From IMG/VR virus record IMGVR_UViG_3300042507_002727: a DNA stretch of 20,000 bases; one strand, given 5' to 3'. Both the position numbers and the translations under genes were made by a program. Origin of the DNA: an uncultured virus (IMG/VR IMGVR_UViG_3300042507_002727). Lineage: Duplodnaviria > Heunggongvirae > Uroviricota > Caudoviricetes. The notes beneath the pieces were generated by a model. That model had not been told where the DNA came from, searched no databases, and worked only from the letters and a program-made list of their open reading frames with translations. Below, one piece after another: positions 9,022-17,228 of the stretch. Each line of letters begins with the position of its first letter. The stretch's first letter is position 1.

Positions 9022-10515
9022 CTACTCCAATGGAATCGTGTAGATCTTAAACTCAAACTGTTCCGATGAGTAGATCTCGATACGACGTCTGAAGTGGTTC
9101 AGAGTATAGTTCGTAAACTCTCCGATAGAGAGATCGTCTGCGATGTCGTAGAGAGTTGCTTTGTCGGATCCGTTTCCTTTTCGCAAGGATCTTCCGATAG
9201 ACTGAAGTACTTTGATCTCTGACTTTGATCCAGATGCAAAGATAACATTGTCCAAACGTTTAATGTTGACACCTGTTGAAAACACTCCGTAGGAGGCAAG
9301 GATGTCATGCTTTTTTTCTGGATCATTCTCGACCAAGTGACGTATAGCTTCACGGTCTTCCCCATCGACTCCACCATATATAAAATGGAGTTCACGATCG
9401 CCTCTGCGAAGCAGAGGCTCGAGGACCTTACCATGTTTTTCGACCAAGTCAAATAGAATAAGATTGTTCTGACCCTTGAGAGACCAGACAAGGTTTCGAA
9501 TGAAAAGATTTCTTTTTTCGTTGGTTATCAGATATTCTCTTTCAGCAGGCCACTTTTTCTGTTTCACCTTTATGGTGTTGAGTGCCTTACGAAACTCTTT
9601 CTTCTTATCCTCTGGGTACTGAAGAACGAGAGCGTTTACCTTAAACTCTGCGACGGTTCCATCGTCTATCAGATCCTTCGTTTTCACGTATCGCTTTATG
9701 CTACCGAAGCAGCCTTCGAGAACAAGGTGGTGAGCTTTACTCTCTGAAGAGATCGTGCCTGTGAACCCGTGACGATATGGAGCATTCGTTAGCTTTTCCA
9801 TGATCGTTGTGAGAGATTTTGCTTGGAACAAATGAGCTTCGTCTCCAAGTACTACACGGAACTGATCAAACCATTCCTTCGGCTGCTTGATGAGCGACTG
9901 CCAAGTACTGATTACGATTGGCGCTACTGTTTCCTTATCAACACCGCCCTGTATCTTGTACACTAACTTAGGATCGCATCCATAGTCAACAAAGTCTCCA
10001 GCCATCTGATGAACGAGAGAAATCGTTGGAACGATAATCAGAGTCCTGTGACCAAAGCACTGATAGTAGTGTTGCTGTATTAAATATATGATGAGTGACT
10101 TACCAGAAGAAGTCGGCGATAACGAAAGCGATCTACGAGATCTGAGAGCATTCACTATGTAGTCGTTCTGATAGTCACGAGGAGAAAACTTTGAGTTGAT
10201 CTCCTTGGCGATTTCGTAACCATAATCATCCGGAATATCTTCCGGCTTGATCATATCATCTGGAGCATCCAGAGTATAGTTACGATCATCGCAAAATTTT
10301 TTGAGGTAGTTGAGTAGTCCCGTGTATAGAACCGGTCTGAGTGGCTGATATAATCTGACGTAGCCGTCCCAGACTCTTGCTTTGAACGCCGGTGAGAATT
10401 GATAGCCTTCTGGGCGAAATGAAAAGTAGTTCATTATCTCCTGACGTATAGCAGGATCTGCGAGCACTTTCATATGCACATCATTAAGACTCTCTACTCT
10501 AACTACGTCACCCAT
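9022..10515 (-). CDS. uvsW: SF2 DNA helicase UvsW
   Basis: PRDYQ, SPTSSGKS, DEAH, GFTGT and QSIGRSLR motifs; start placed at ATG 10515 (MGDVVRV), coupled to the uvsY stop. Confidence 0.95.
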   Translation of the reverse strand: MGDVVRVESLNDVHMKVLADPAIRQEIMNYFSFRPEGYQFSPAFKARVWDGYVRLYQPLRPVLYTGLLNYLKKFCDDRNYTLDAPDDMIKPEDIPDDYGYEIAKEINSKFSPRDYQNDYIVNALRSRRSLSLSPTSSGKSLIIYLIQQHYYQCFGHRTLIIVPTISLVHQMAGDFVDYGCDPKLVYKIQGGVDKETVAPIVISTWQSLIKQPKEWFDQFRVVLGDEAHLFQAKSLTTIMEKLTNAPYRHGFTGTISSESKAHHLVLEGCFGSIKRYVKTKDLIDDGTVAEFKVNALVLQYPEDKKKEFRKALNTIKVKQKKWPAEREYLITNEKRNLFIRNLVWSLKGQNNLILFDLVEKHGKVLEPLLRRGDRELHFIYGGVDGEDREAIRHLVENDPEKKHDILASYGVFSTGVNIKRLDNVIFASGSKSEIKVLQSIGRSLRKGNGSDKATLYDIADDLSIGEFTNYTLNHFRRRIEIYSSEQFEFKIYTIPLE

Positions 10516-10955
10516 TATCCACCGCCAGCTTGAAACTTTGACCAATCTATCATATTCTTAATGATATAATTTCTATTATTTATCTGTCTCACGATGTTTT
10601 CTAGATACTTGGCGTTTTCCTCGTAGAACGAGATCTTAAGACTCAGTTCAATAACTTCTTTGTCGCTCTGAACATATCTCTCCATGTCGTTCTTAAGAAC
10701 CTTAAGTGCAAAAGGTTTCCACCCTCTTTCCTTGAGTTCGAGCTCATCCATACTTCCGCTATAGTATTCGGTCTTCGCCTTCTCGAGTTCGATGAGATCG
10801 GCCTTGAGCTTCTTTATCTTAAGAGCTTCTTTATAGAATAGATTATAGTACTTATTATGAAGCTCAGGAATGCGTGCTGACTCGCGAAATAAATTCGTTT
10901 CGTCAATCTTGCAGTCCTGAGCCCACATCTGATTAATTTTTTCAATGTCCATCAC
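10515..10955 (-). CDS. uvsY: recombination mediator UvsY
   Basis: IPELHNKY, YYSG, IKNMIDWSKFQAG C-terminus; adjacent to uvsW. Confidence 0.92.
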   Translation of the reverse strand: MMDIEKINQMWAQDCKIDETNLFRESARIPELHNKYYNLFYKEALKIKKLKADLIELEKAKTEYYSGSMDELELKERGWKPFALKVLKNDMERYVQSDKEVIELSLKISFYEENAKYLENIVRQINNRNYIIKNMIDWSKFQAGGG

Positions 10956-10981
10956 AGAACTCCATCATACAAATAATTATA

Positions 10982-11010
10982 ACTATATTATAATATTAGG
11001 AAAATGTCAA
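10982..11010 (-). promoter_or_regulatory. sigma70-type promoter for uvsY-uvsW
   Basis: TTGACA-17 nt-TATAGT on the minus strand. Confidence 0.65.
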
Positions 11011-11459
11011 TCGCTTTCTGATTTCAAAAGCTTTTCATAAGCTTCTGAATCAACGACGCCTTCCTTCAGAAGTCTCTCACGATTTACTCTATGCATATCC
11101 TGAACGTTATCCTTTGAGTCTCCAAAGTATGGAACAGCATGGCCTTCTTCAATAAGCATTGAACACGCAGTCTTGTCACCTAGAACGAAGTCACCAAGTA
11201 TTCTTCCAAATTTCTCGTCACTCTTTCCTGGCTTCTGAGTTCTCAGGATAGCAGTTTCACCGAGTATCTCGCCAAGTCTTTTCTTTGCGGCAAGACCAAA
11301 GATCTTTTCGACTTCGTCAGAAGTTCTGCTCTCTGGAGTATCAATACCCATGATGCGAACTCTTTCGTTTCTTAGCCATACACCAAATCCTAGGTCAATG
11401 TCAACATCAACCGTATCCCCGTCGACAACACGGAGAATAGCGCATCTATATTCGTACAT
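11007..11459 (-). CDS. thermonuclease (SNase-like) family nuclease
   Basis: RVVDGDT, RVRIMGIDTPE, KFGRILG and LIEEGHA motifs. Confidence 0.9.
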   Translation of the reverse strand: MYEYRCAILRVVDGDTVDVDIDLGFGVWLRNERVRIMGIDTPESRTSDEVEKIFGLAAKKRLGEILGETAILRTQKPGKSDEKFGRILGDFVLGDKTACSMLIEEGHAVPYFGDSKDNVQDMHRVNRERLLKEGVVDSEAYEKLLKSESD

Positions 11460-11470
11460 TTAAAATTTCC

Positions 11471-11956
11471 TTATAGTTTAGTTATTGTGAAGTTTTTGAA
11501 GGCAAACGTCACCGTAGCTTGTGGATACACAACATCACTCTGAGTTGTGTCAAGCGTAACATCAGATAAACTCACTGGGAAACAGTCTTGAAATTGAATT
11601 TCGATATTCGGATTTTTATGACTGTTCATTATCACGATAGAGATATCAGTAAGTAATCCGTACTCACTATTCTTTAGGTTTTTGAATTGATCATAGTTTT
11701 CTGGAAAGGTTATGCCCTTCATCCAATTGAAAACTTCGATATAGTTGTTCATAGACTCGTCTATGATAAATGCAATGGGTAGATCGCCGAACGTTAGTCT
11801 ATCTCCAGTAATCGGAATAGGCTTAAACGGGTTTGGCTGTTCTATAACTTGTAGAGACAAGGAAGGTATGTTTACTGTCTGTGTAAAGAACTGAACATTC
11901 GGTAGTCTCTTAACTGAGACCACGAACTCAAGTGGAGACATATAATTTGGTATCAT
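11471..11956 (-). CDS. 3: tail completion / tube terminator protein (T4 gp3-like, gp19 fold)
   Basis: NYMSP..F, FFTQTVNIP, FIIDE.M.NY.EVFNWM, F.DCFPVSLS; preceded by a TATAAATA late promoter; located next to uvsY. Confidence 0.8.
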   Translation of the reverse strand: MIPNYMSPLEFVVSVKRLPNVQFFTQTVNIPSLSLQVIEQPNPFKPIPITGDRLTFGDLPIAFIIDESMNNYIEVFNWMKGITFPENYDQFKNLKNSEYGLLTDISIVIMNSHKNPNIEIQFQDCFPVSLSDVTLDTTQSDVVYPQATVTFAFKNFTITKL

Positions 11957-11968
11957 ACCATTTTCCTG

Positions 11969-12020
11969 TTTACATTCTTATAGAATTGGTGTACTATCTA
12001 TTTATAAAGAAGTATAAATA
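11969..12020. promoter_or_regulatory. divergent control region: back-to-back T4 late promoters plus a plus-strand sigma70-like promoter
   Basis: TATAAATA on minus (11999-12006) and plus (12013-12020); TTTACA-17 nt-TACTAT at 11969-11997. Confidence 0.7.
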
Positions 12021-12049
12021 TAAGGTATTAAACGTTAAAGGAATGCGGC

Positions 12050-12133
12050 ATGGTTTACGTAAACAAGTCGTATTTGGCATTTATGTTTGATGATCCCTGC
12101 GATAACTGTACACATTGGTGTGGATTTGTTTAA
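12050..12133 (+). CDS. 27-aa Cys-rich peptide (MVYVNKSYLAFMFDDPCDNCTHWCGFV)
   Basis: AAGGA RBS; TAA overlaps the next ATG (TAATG). Confidence 0.55.
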   Translation: MVYVNKSYLAFMFDDPCDNCTHWCGFV

Positions 12134-12834
12134 TGAAAAAGTACGTATTTGATGTTGATGGAACTCTTACACCGAGCAGATGTAAGATTGACGAAGAATT
12201 CCTCAAGTGGTTCAAAGATTTTTGTATTCGCAATGAAGTGTACTTAGTCACTGGTTCCGATTATGAAAAGACTCAAGAACAGCTAGGAGATGACCTCCTC
12301 AGGTGGCCTATCTTTGTCTATAACTGTTCAGGCAATGATGTATGGGCAAAAGGTAAGAGAATAAGATCTGACGCTTGGAAAGCACCAGAAGAATTGGTGT
12401 CGACTCTTGAGATGTTCTTGGAAAATAGTCGTTTTAAATTAAGAACGGGGAGACATATAGAACATCGTCCTGGTGCGCTTAACTTTAGTATCGTAGGTCG
12501 TAACGCGAGTATGCAAGATCGTCATTCATACGTAGAGTGGGATCAAAAGACCAAAGAGCGCGAAATTCTTGCAAAAAAGATCAACACTTTATTTCCAAAC
12601 TTAACTGCGAGTGTAGGTGGCGAAACTGGTCTTGACATCTATCCAAAAGGAAAGGATAAGTCTCAGATACTGAAAGACTTCGACGAAGAAGATATTATAT
12701 ACTTCTTTGGAGACAGAATGGAACCAACCGGAAACGATTATCCTCTTGGATCGAAACTTAAGAGTCCAAGTAAAGCATTTCACGTAAAAGATTGGCAGCA
12801 TACTTTTGAACTTCTAAAGGAGATTGGCGATTGA
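12133..12834 (+). CDS. HAD-IIB hydrolase, eukaryotic-type phosphomannomutase-like
   Basis: FDVDGTLTPSR, LVTGSD, NFSIVGRNA, GKDK and FFGDRMEPTGNDYP motifs; start placed at ATG 12133. Confidence 0.88.
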   Translation: MKKYVFDVDGTLTPSRCKIDEEFLKWFKDFCIRNEVYLVTGSDYEKTQEQLGDDLLRWPIFVYNCSGNDVWAKGKRIRSDAWKAPEELVSTLEMFLENSRFKLRTGRHIEHRPGALNFSIVGRNASMQDRHSYVEWDQKTKEREILAKKINTLFPNLTASVGGETGLDIYPKGKDKSQILKDFDEEDIIYFFGDRMEPTGNDYPLGSKLKSPSKAFHVKDWQHTFELLKEIGD

Positions 12835-13250
12835 CAATTGGTATCGTAGCTTCTTCGTTTGATCTATTACACGCCGGCCACATAATGATGCTCCGTGAAG
12901 CAAAATCAAAGTGTGATCATCTTATCGCAGCAATACAGACGGATCCTACAGTTGATCGGCCAGAAAAGAATACGCCGGTTCAGACCATCGTAGAGAGATA
13001 CATACAGTTATCAGCAGTCAAGTATGTTGACGAGATCATCGTGTATACTACTGAGCAGGACCTCGAAGATATTCTTGAGATGTATCCTATCGACATTCGA
13101 GTTCTTGGAGAAGAGTATCGTGACAAAGACTTTACTGGTCGCGAGATCTGTAAGAGACGTGGTATCCAACTCTACTTCAACAAGAGAGATCATCGCTTTA
13201 GCTCAAGTGATCTACGAAAAAGAGTTACGAACAAAGAAAAAGACGGTTGA
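12831..13250 (+). CDS. cytidylyltransferase (TagD/RfaE-like)
   Basis: FDLLHAGH (HxGH), AVKYVDE, HRFSSSDLR. Confidence 0.9.
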   Translation: MTIGIVASSFDLLHAGHIMMLREAKSKCDHLIAAIQTDPTVDRPEKNTPVQTIVERYIQLSAVKYVDEIIVYTTEQDLEDILEMYPIDIRVLGEEYRDKDFTGREICKRRGIQLYFNKRDHRFSSSDLRKRVTNKEKDG

Positions 13251-13275
13251 CATTCTTTTAGAATCAGTATAATCT
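13247..13275 (+). promoter_or_regulatory. early sigma70-type promoter with GAATCAG spacer motif
   Basis: TTGACA-ttcttttagaatcagta(17)-TAATCT. Confidence 0.75.
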
Positions 13276-13300
13276 AGAATATATCAAAAGGAGGACTGTG

Positions 13301-13477
13301 ATGGAACCCCGCTTTGTTATCTTTGTAGAAACTGTGACTGGTGAAATTGTTCGAGCCTTTACGTGGTGTCGAGACGAAGCTTCAGGCTTGGCTCGTGCTC
13401 GGAAGGACTGTATTGAATTTGGATATGGCTCACCGACTCGCGTCTGGGCTGAAAAGATTGAGGTTTCAAACAAGTGA
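13301..13477 (+). CDS. 58-aa hypothetical protein (MEPRFVIFVETVTGEIVRAFTWCRDEASGLARARKDCIEFGYGSPTRVWAEKIEVSNK), not in the ORF track
   Basis: AGGAGG RBS, promoter upstream, GTGA overlap with the tilS start. Confidence 0.75.
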   Translation: MEPRFVIFVETVTGEIVRAFTWCRDEASGLARARKDCIEFGYGSPTRVWAEKIEVSNK

Positions 13478-14085
13478 TTCAAATTCAAGGCCCTCTTAAT
13501 CGAGAGGTCTACGTTGCGTGTTCGGGTGGAGTCGACTCAATGGCTGTCGTAGATCTCTTGATGAAGAATCATAAAGTCAACATGTTATTCTTTAATCACG
13601 ACACAGAAACGTCTCGTAGTGCAATAAGTTTTCTTGAAGAAAAATACTATGCAAGCATTTCCTTTGCTGGAACAAAACTCGAAGTAGGTTCTATCAGAGG
13701 TAAGAAAGAACGTTCTGAGTCTTGGGAAGAGTATTGGCGAAATCAAAGATACTCGTGGTTTCATTCTTTCGATGTTCCAGTGATTACAGCTCATCATTTG
13801 GACGATTGCGTAGAGACTTGGATCTGGTCATCGATGCACGGAGAAGGAAAGATCATTCCTTATTCGAACAAGAATGTGATTCGTCCGTTTCGACTGAATC
13901 GCAAGTCTGAGTTTACGAACTGGTGCCGCAACAAAAATGTATCTTGGATCGAAGACTCTTCAAACTCTGATACAAAGTACATGCGAAACTTTATTCGTCA
14001 AGAGATTGTTCCAAAGGCGATGATTGTGAACCCTGGACTGCATAAAGTAATTCGTAAAAAGATTTTGGCAGACACTTCTTTATAA
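13474..14085 (+). CDS. tilS: tRNA(Ile)-lysidine synthetase-like PP-loop ATPase, catalytic domain only
   Basis: ACSGGVDS, R..RY, TAHHLDD..ET, IRP, WIEDSSN....Y.RN.IR motifs. Confidence 0.88.
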   Translation: MIQIQGPLNREVYVACSGGVDSMAVVDLLMKNHKVNMLFFNHDTETSRSAISFLEEKYYASISFAGTKLEVGSIRGKKERSESWEEYWRNQRYSWFHSFDVPVITAHHLDDCVETWIWSSMHGEGKIIPYSNKNVIRPFRLNRKSEFTNWCRNKNVSWIEDSSNSDTKYMRNFIRQEIVPKAMIVNPGLHKVIRKKILADTSL

Positions 14086-14088
14086 ATA
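14081..14088 (+). promoter_or_regulatory. T4-type late promoter
   Basis: TATAAATA just upstream of the glycine-rich gene. Confidence 0.7.
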
Positions 14089-14125
14089 GTTGTGAACCAC
14101 TCATCAACTAGAAAGAATATTCGCC

Positions 14126-15106
14126 GTGCCAGTTAAACCAAGCGGAACTCCTCTAACTACGACAGAGATACAGACAGAATTTGGCGATCCGGCGCCGATT
14201 AGCTTTTCTGAGTACTATGGTTTAGCAAGTGGAATACCATCATCTGGCGCGATACCTATGTCTACCTTTTATGGTAAAACTTTTCTAATAATTGATAGGA
14301 TCACATCTTCTGGAACATGGTCTCCAAGACCAAACTTAGCAAGATTCATACACATATTTGTTGTTGGTGCTGGTGGTTCCGGCGGAATGGCTTGGCCTGC
14401 AAGAAACGTAGGTTTTTTTGGTAATACTGACGGTGTCGCAGGTGGAAGCGGCGGCGGAGCCGGTGGAGTTGCGTATAGTCGCATAACAGGGACAACTACT
14501 GGTTCTGCTACTGTTACTGTTGGAACCGGTGGTACTGGAGTTGGCGTTACTGGTGAAAGAAGTGCCGTAAACGGAAATGCCGGCACGGCATCCAGTTTTA
14601 TAGGACTAGGTTTAAATATGTCCGCGGGCGGTGGAGGTGGTGGACCGGGCGGACAGAACACAGACGGCGGGAATACTAGCCTGACTCGTGTAGGCGGAAC
14701 CGGCGGATCTGCATCCGGCGGTAATCAATCAAACCTCACAGGTGGCTCTGGCGGTGGATTTAGCGTAAGTGGAAGCAACCCACGTACATCTGCGGCTGGT
14801 GGTGGTGCACCGAGATTTTTAACTGCTAATAACGGCACGGCTACAAATTCCACAACAGACGCTACAACGCCGGGCATTAGCGTTTCGTCATACGGCGCAT
14901 ACCCAGCAGTCGCAGCTTATGCAGCCGGTAGATCGCAACCATTCTTAGGATCATCTATCACAGATTTTAATGCATCAGCTGGAGTTAGAGGTGCTGGTTC
15001 GGCAGCTGTAACATATGGCGCTGGAAGCGGTGGCGTGGCAGCAGAAGCTGCAGTTAGGTCTGGCCGCGGTGGCAATGGGGTTATCATAATCGTGTATGAG
15101 GTATAA
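14126..15106 (+). CDS. glycine-rich virion/adhesin-like protein, copy 1
   Basis: N-terminal EIQTEFG..PIS.SEYYG motif, VVGAGGSGG and repeated polyglycine tracts, C-terminal GGNGVIIIVY; late promoter. Confidence 0.7.
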   Translation: MPVKPSGTPLTTTEIQTEFGDPAPISFSEYYGLASGIPSSGAIPMSTFYGKTFLIIDRITSSGTWSPRPNLARFIHIFVVGAGGSGGMAWPARNVGFFGNTDGVAGGSGGGAGGVAYSRITGTTTGSATVTVGTGGTGVGVTGERSAVNGNAGTASSFIGLGLNMSAGGGGGGPGGQNTDGGNTSLTRVGGTGGSASGGNQSNLTGGSGGGFSVSGSNPRTSAAGGGAPRFLTANNGTATNSTTDATTPGISVSSYGAYPAVAAYAAGRSQPFLGSSITDFNASAGVRGAGSAAVTYGAGSGGVAAEAAVRSGRGGNGVIIIVYEV

Positions 15107-15118
15107 TAGGAACCAATC

Positions 15119-15676
15119 ATGAACATCGAACATTTTTACGAAATAAATGAAAGTTTGATCGGTTTAAGCGATCAAGTAAAAAATAGTGTTATTGAACTCG
15201 GGTTTTCTATTCGCGAAACCGGAGAAAGTGTTGCTTTAGTATTGAATTCGTTTGATGCTTTTTCAATGCTTATTGGAAATGTTCCCGAAAAAATACGTAA
15301 TGATTACTTAGACGGAAAATCTACTAAATTTTACGTAGAACTTGAAAGCTTAAATACTGATAAAGTTAGAATATATACTAACTATATTGGCGAAGGCATT
15401 GAACTGATGGGCTATTATGCAGAAAATGGAGTTATATACGAGACAAAAGTTTATCGCTTTACAGACTTAACTACGTCAAGTATAGAGAGATACGATTCTA
15501 ATATGAATTTGATCGACAATAGCGACTTTGACACCGTAGTAGATCTAGATCAATGGACTGGCTCTAGAAGAATAATTGATATATCAATAGAAAACAATTA
15601 TAGAGTTACATGTATAAAAAAGACTCCTAAGAACCAAGTATATCTGTTAGTACGTAACAATGGTGTATCACAATGA
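15119..15676 (+). CDS. acidic hypothetical protein
   Basis: 185-aa AT-rich ORF, AGGA RBS, ATGA overlap with the next gene. Confidence 0.7.
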   Translation: MNIEHFYEINESLIGLSDQVKNSVIELGFSIRETGESVALVLNSFDAFSMLIGNVPEKIRNDYLDGKSTKFYVELESLNTDKVRIYTNYIGEGIELMGYYAENGVIYETKVYRFTDLTTSSIERYDSNMNLIDNSDFDTVVDLDQWTGSRRIIDISIENNYRVTCIKKTPKNQVYLLVRNNGVSQ

Positions 15677-16653
15677 CGATTAAATCAAGCGGAAGTCCTC
15701 TAAATCTATTGGAGATACAAACCGAATTTGGTGGCGCAACTCCAATTTCTTTGAATGAATATTATGGTTTAGCAAGTGGGATCCCTGCAAGCGGTCAGAT
15801 ATCTATCAATGACTTTTATGGTAAAACTTTTCTAGTATATGACAGGATCACTAGTAATAGGACTTGGACTCCTAGAAAGAATCTAGCAAGATTCATACAC
15901 ATATTCGTCGTCGGCGCTGGTGGTTCCGGCGGAATGGGTTGGCCTGCAAGAAACGTTGGTACTTATGGTAACACGGACGGTGTTGCTGGCGGTGGAGGTG
16001 GAGGCGCAGGAGGTATGTCATATAGTATCATAGCAGGAACAACTACTGGCTCTGCTACTGTTACTGTTGGAACCGGTGGAGCTGGAGTTGGGGTGACGGC
16101 TGAGCAAAGAGCTATAAGCGGAAACGCTGGTACTGCATCTAGTTTTGTAGGATTTAGTTTAAATATGTCTGCTGCTGGTGGTGGAGGTGGTCAAGGTGCT
16201 CAGAGTACAAACGGTGGGAGTACTGCAGTGACTGGAGTAGGCGGGGCCGGGGGCTCTGCTTCTGGCGGAAATCAATCAAATCTTACTGGTGGCGCTGGTG
16301 GAGGATTTAGCGTAAGTGGAAGCAACCCACGTACATCTGCGGCTGGTGGTGGTGCACCAAGATTTTTAAGTGCTCACAGTGGAACTGCGGCGAGTTCTAC
16401 TACAGACTCTATAACTGCTGGCATAAAAGTTTCGTTGTATGGCTCTTATCCTGCGGTTGCAACTTACGCTAACAATAGGTCTCAATCATTTTTAGGATCG
16501 TCAGTTACAGATTTTAATGCATCAGATGGAGTTAGGGGTGCTGGTTCGGCAGCTGTAACATACGGTGGTGGAAGCGGTGGTGCATGTGCTGAATCTGCTA
16601 TTACATCTGGCCGCGGTGGCAATGGTGTTGTCTATATAGTTTATGAAGTATAA
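15673..16653 (+). CDS. glycine-rich virion/adhesin-like protein, copy 2
   Basis: Colinear paralog of 14126-15106 with the same 326-aa length. Confidence 0.7.
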   Translation: MTIKSSGSPLNLLEIQTEFGGATPISLNEYYGLASGIPASGQISINDFYGKTFLVYDRITSNRTWTPRKNLARFIHIFVVGAGGSGGMGWPARNVGTYGNTDGVAGGGGGGAGGMSYSIIAGTTTGSATVTVGTGGAGVGVTAEQRAISGNAGTASSFVGFSLNMSAAGGGGGQGAQSTNGGSTAVTGVGGAGGSASGGNQSNLTGGAGGGFSVSGSNPRTSAAGGGAPRFLSAHSGTAASSTTDSITAGIKVSLYGSYPAVATYANNRSQSFLGSSVTDFNASDGVRGAGSAAVTYGGGSGGACAESAITSGRGGNGVVYIVYEV

Positions 16654-16656
16654 ATA
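16649..16656 (+). promoter_or_regulatory. T4-type late promoter
   Basis: TATAAATA overlapping the stop of copy 2. Confidence 0.55.
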
Positions 16657-16680
16657 GTTTTTTGAAATGGAGACATTTAA

Positions 16681-16953
16681 ATGATAATAGAATCTATATT
16701 GTCAAGTGGCGGAACACATTCCTGCGAAAAATTCGAAGGTATCTATCATATAGAAGAAAACTACTACCTTCTTAAATCATACTTTATTAGCGACAGAAAA
16801 GAATCAAAGTGCCAGTGGCACATTGCGAAGACTGTAGACGAAGGACAGACGTTTGTCATTGTTCATCGCCTTGGCTCTTCTGAAATCTACGACGAAGACA
16901 CGTCTCTTCCATCTTTCAAGTCTTCTGCTCTAGGTTTCTACAAAAAAATCTAA
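16681..16953 (+). CDS. hypothetical protein
   Basis: 90-aa ORF with GGAG RBS. Confidence 0.65.
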   Translation: MIIESILSSGGTHSCEKFEGIYHIEENYYLLKSYFISDRKESKCQWHIAKTVDEGQTFVIVHRLGSSEIYDEDTSLPSFKSSALGFYKKI

Positions 16954-16971
16954 AACTACATCATATTTCTA

Positions 16972-17000
16972 TTTACATCTGTAGAGAATCAGTTTATACT
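16972..17000 (+). promoter_or_regulatory. early sigma70-type promoter for the ncRNA-TROVE unit
   Basis: TTTACA-tctgtagagaatcagtt(17)-TATACT. Confidence 0.7.
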
Positions 17001-17026
17001 GTATTTACGATGTGAACGAAGCAATA

Positions 17027-17104
17027 TAGGATCGTTACAGCATCTTAAAGCTCATTAGAGCATTTGACTTGTAATCAAAAGGAAAGCCGCAAGGCGCGAT
17101 CCTG
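17027..17104 (+). ncRNA. tRNA-mimic / Y-RNA-like element 1 (anticodon UGU)
   Basis: Closing stem AGGATCG/CGATCCT, TTACAGCA, D-like GCTC/GAGC, arm TTTGA-CTTGTAA-TCAAA, GCC-GCAA-GGC hairpin. Confidence 0.7.
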
Positions 17105-17124
17105 ACTATTAAACTATGAAACCA

Positions 17125-17215
17125 TAGGTTGGTTTCAGCAAAAAATAAAACCGGGAATGGTTCCCAATTTGTCTTATAAACAAACTTAACGGTTCTAATC
17201 CGTAAATCCAACCTG
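17125..17215 (+). ncRNA. tRNA-mimic / Y-RNA-like element 2 (anticodon UAU)
   Basis: Closing stem AGGTTGG/CCAACCT, TTTCAGCA, D-like GGGAA-TGG-TTCCC, arm TTTGT-CTTATAA-ACAAA, T-like ACGG-TTCTAAT-CCGT. Confidence 0.7.
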
Positions 17216-17228
17216 AAAGGAATACACT

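Noticed and set aside
10516..10545. Extended uvsW N-terminus given in the ORF track
   Set aside because: Overlaps the uvsY C-terminus; the ATG at 10515 coupled to the uvsY stop is more plausible
14269..14661. Proline-rich minus-strand ORF
   Set aside because: Mirror of the GGN glycine codons on the plus strand
14126..16653. Diversity-generating retroelement (TR/VR pair)
   Set aside because: Both copies are full-length ORFs, differences are spread across all bases rather than adenine-specific, and no reverse transcriptase is in the window
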